Part shown: positions 61,766 through 64,000 of the stretch, in pieces
Layout: the number at the start of each line of letters is the position of its first letter
Numbering within the stretch: position 1 is the stretch's first letter
Source: Balanoglossus misakiensis
Taxonomy: Eukaryota > Animalia > Hemichordata
Direction of reading: 5' to 3'
DNA length: 64,000 nucleotides
Assembly: GCA_040954595.2 (NCBI GenBank)
Contig: CM082580.2
Coordinates: 7,294,390-7,358,389 of the forward strand
Translations under genes and position numbers: made by a program
Notes under the pieces: model-generated
Told to the model about the DNA's origin: nothing
The model's database searches: none
The model's input: the letters and a program-made list of their open reading frames with translations, nothing else

Positions 61766-62262
61766 AGCAGCATGATTTGTCTCACTGCCAACCACTTTGC
61801 TCAGGAATTTTTTAATTTTGACAAATGTGCAACTAGAGTGCACTTCTTGAAAATATTTCAATCACACAACTAATTGAACATACTAAGGTGCGTGTAGCCA
61901 TGACACCAATACAATGCCAACAAACTGGGGATATATACACAGATGAAGCCCTCTGGCAATCAGATCATTGGTGCAGACTGGAATCACACTGTGTTATATT
62001 TGCTCTAAGACAGCCTTAGACTGTTTGATGCTATTTTGGATCACTTCTATTTTACGTGACAAATTCTGCTTTACTCAACAGGGGTGCGGGACAAATCCAG
62101 TGGTCGAGGAGACACTTTTATTGGCCCAGTGGATCTAGTCTAATGTACCAGTGTACTCAGACAACAACGTGAACGCTGGACAACCAGAGTAGGTTAAGGG
62201 ACCACTGGTTTTATGCCTTGAGTGATCCTGAGAACTACAAGTTGAAAGATGGGACAAATTTC

Positions 62263-62420
62263 AGCACAGAGACTAAAATTTGGCCAAAAAATTAGGGTCG
62301 GTCAGAAAAAAACATATTTTTCTGGACGAATTCTCAACTGATCATGGTTGCAGGCTCTTTAAGCACAGAGACTATAATTTGGCCCTAAAAATTACGGTCA
62401 GTCATATATTTTTTTGAAAA
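62263..62420 (+). repeat. Imperfect direct repeat, period 99 bp
   Basis: AGCACAGAGACTA.AATTTGGCC..AAAAATTA.GGTC.GTCA at 62263 and 62362. Confidence 0.7.
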
Positions 62421-64000
62421 TTTGGGTAGGACCACACAAATAAAACAAAATCCAACACAAAAAATAAGAATACAAACAAGCAACTTCTGAGACCTTGACC
62501 TACAAAGCTTTAATGTGACAGTAGCAATTATGATGAGTTTAGTATTCCTAGTTATAATGTCATCAGTAAATGCCAAAGAACGATGATTTACTGACATATT
62601 GAGAACTGTACCACTGGGAAAACTTGCATTGCTTAATTGCCACAAGTGTTCATTGTGGGAATGACAGGTTCTTCATACTGCATTCTATGACTCAGTGTGA
62701 ATTGCCGAGGGCACAGACGTCTTGGCACTGGCAAATGTAATCAGAATTTTCAGATTCCAAAGACTTGAAGGGGTGCACAGGTCTCGCCCGAACACGGAGC
62801 AGGGTTGCATTACAGTTGGCCACCGTGTTACACATAAATATTAAAGTGGGGTTTTCTGATGTGCATTTGTGTGATTGGACAGTGGCTAGTAGTAGTAGCT
62901 ATGGGGTACTGAGACTTTATACAGGGTTGTGTTCACATGATTTGAGATTTGAGAGGGGCAGTACCCATGTGACACCGACGGTGATATGGTGGGGGGAGTG
63001 TAAGTCATGGTTGTGGCATCAAGCTGTTTGCAATATGGTGAAGGGCCTGCGATGGAGATCATGCAATGCATGTACCGTACATGTAGGCATGAGGCTCAGG
63101 GATTGTCCATTTATGCAAAGGGGAGTGTTGCTGGTGACATTATTACGAATAGTACACAGCACACCTGCTCAGAGCTGAGAGGTACAGCCATGAAAGTTAC
63201 ATGTACCTGTAATACGAGTGAACACTGTGACATACAGCCTGGGATCTAAACAGGAAAAGGACCTTCATCAAATACTGGTCAATTTGTTCCGAACAAGTGG
63301 TATACACGGTACACAGAATACTGACAAAAATACTGTAAAATGCATACAGTTAATGTTCCGTGTGAAACAAGACAAATATTTTTGTAGTATATGAAAGTGC
63401 AAAGATGACAAACAAATCTATTGAAACAAATTATTATTTCTTTACTGAAAAGGGGGGAAATATATATGCAATCGTTACACCATTTTCTATATTAATAAAA
63501 CTCAACAAAGCTCTTGGTTGAATACTTTTAGAGGAGAGTTTTTTTGGTTGCAAGCTTGATACAATTTTAAGTGCCATTAGTAAAGCAACTATATTGGTAT
63601 AATATGAGTAAAAAACGGCATTTATGTGTACCAACGATTTATGCCGAGTACATCAAGCGACGGGTTTCCAGTGAAACAGGAAAATGAAGCCTACTACAGG
63701 TGCACTGGAGAGTAATGTTTTTGAAATCACACCAAACCTGACAGATGAGAACTTGTCAGGAAGTATTTGCATTAAAATACTTAACCCATGACTTGCCTGT
63801 CAAGAGTCATTTCATATTTCCACATCACACAATATACACTTAGTTCCTGTTCGTTTGATACTTTTGCGACGTCAGTTTATTTTCTACTTTTACTGGTAAT
63901 AAAGGATTCGCAACATTGCTCAAAATATACTATATTGTAAATTTTTTAAAAATTTAATGTTTTCATGTTGGATTGGACGGCAGTATTAAGTTGTGAATAG

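Noticed and set aside
62985-63250. GGGGGGAG-TGT polypurine tract/LTR start and adjacent + strand ORFs
   Set aside because: No second LTR, PBS or gag/pol similarity
41796-64000. ERG PAS-domain exons
   Set aside because: No PAS-like peptide seen in the ORF track or by eye; presumed beyond the window end

Overview
Eukaryotic, AT-rich, intron-rich genomic DNA from a bilaterian animal, probably an invertebrate; the species cannot be determined from sequence alone. It holds two convergent genes. (1) A complete six-exon ELL-associated factor (EAF1/EAF2-like) gene on + (CDS 3507-6374, 320 aa). (2) Most of an ERG-subfamily (KCNH2/6/7, seizure-like) voltage-gated K+ channel gene on - (11 coding exons from 41795 down to the stop at 10705). 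Its PAS-encoding first exons are not visible and must lie beyond 64000. Upstream of EAF is a long-TIR foldback DNA element (arms 1-371 and 2579-2942, left end cut by the window) enclosing two decayed LINE fragments and possible spliced gene remnants. The ERG introns carry several MITE families and microsatellites. The most notable observations are an ERG1b-like alternative first exon (28706-28786) in the same intron as mammalian exon 1b plus weaker neighbouring candidates, a cluster of candidate regulated exons in the last intron, a Shaker-like C-terminal PDZ ligand (-TDV), and the composite foldback element. I see no prokaryotic-type system (CRISPR, rRNA, tRNA). All exon calls are manual and lack transcript support.
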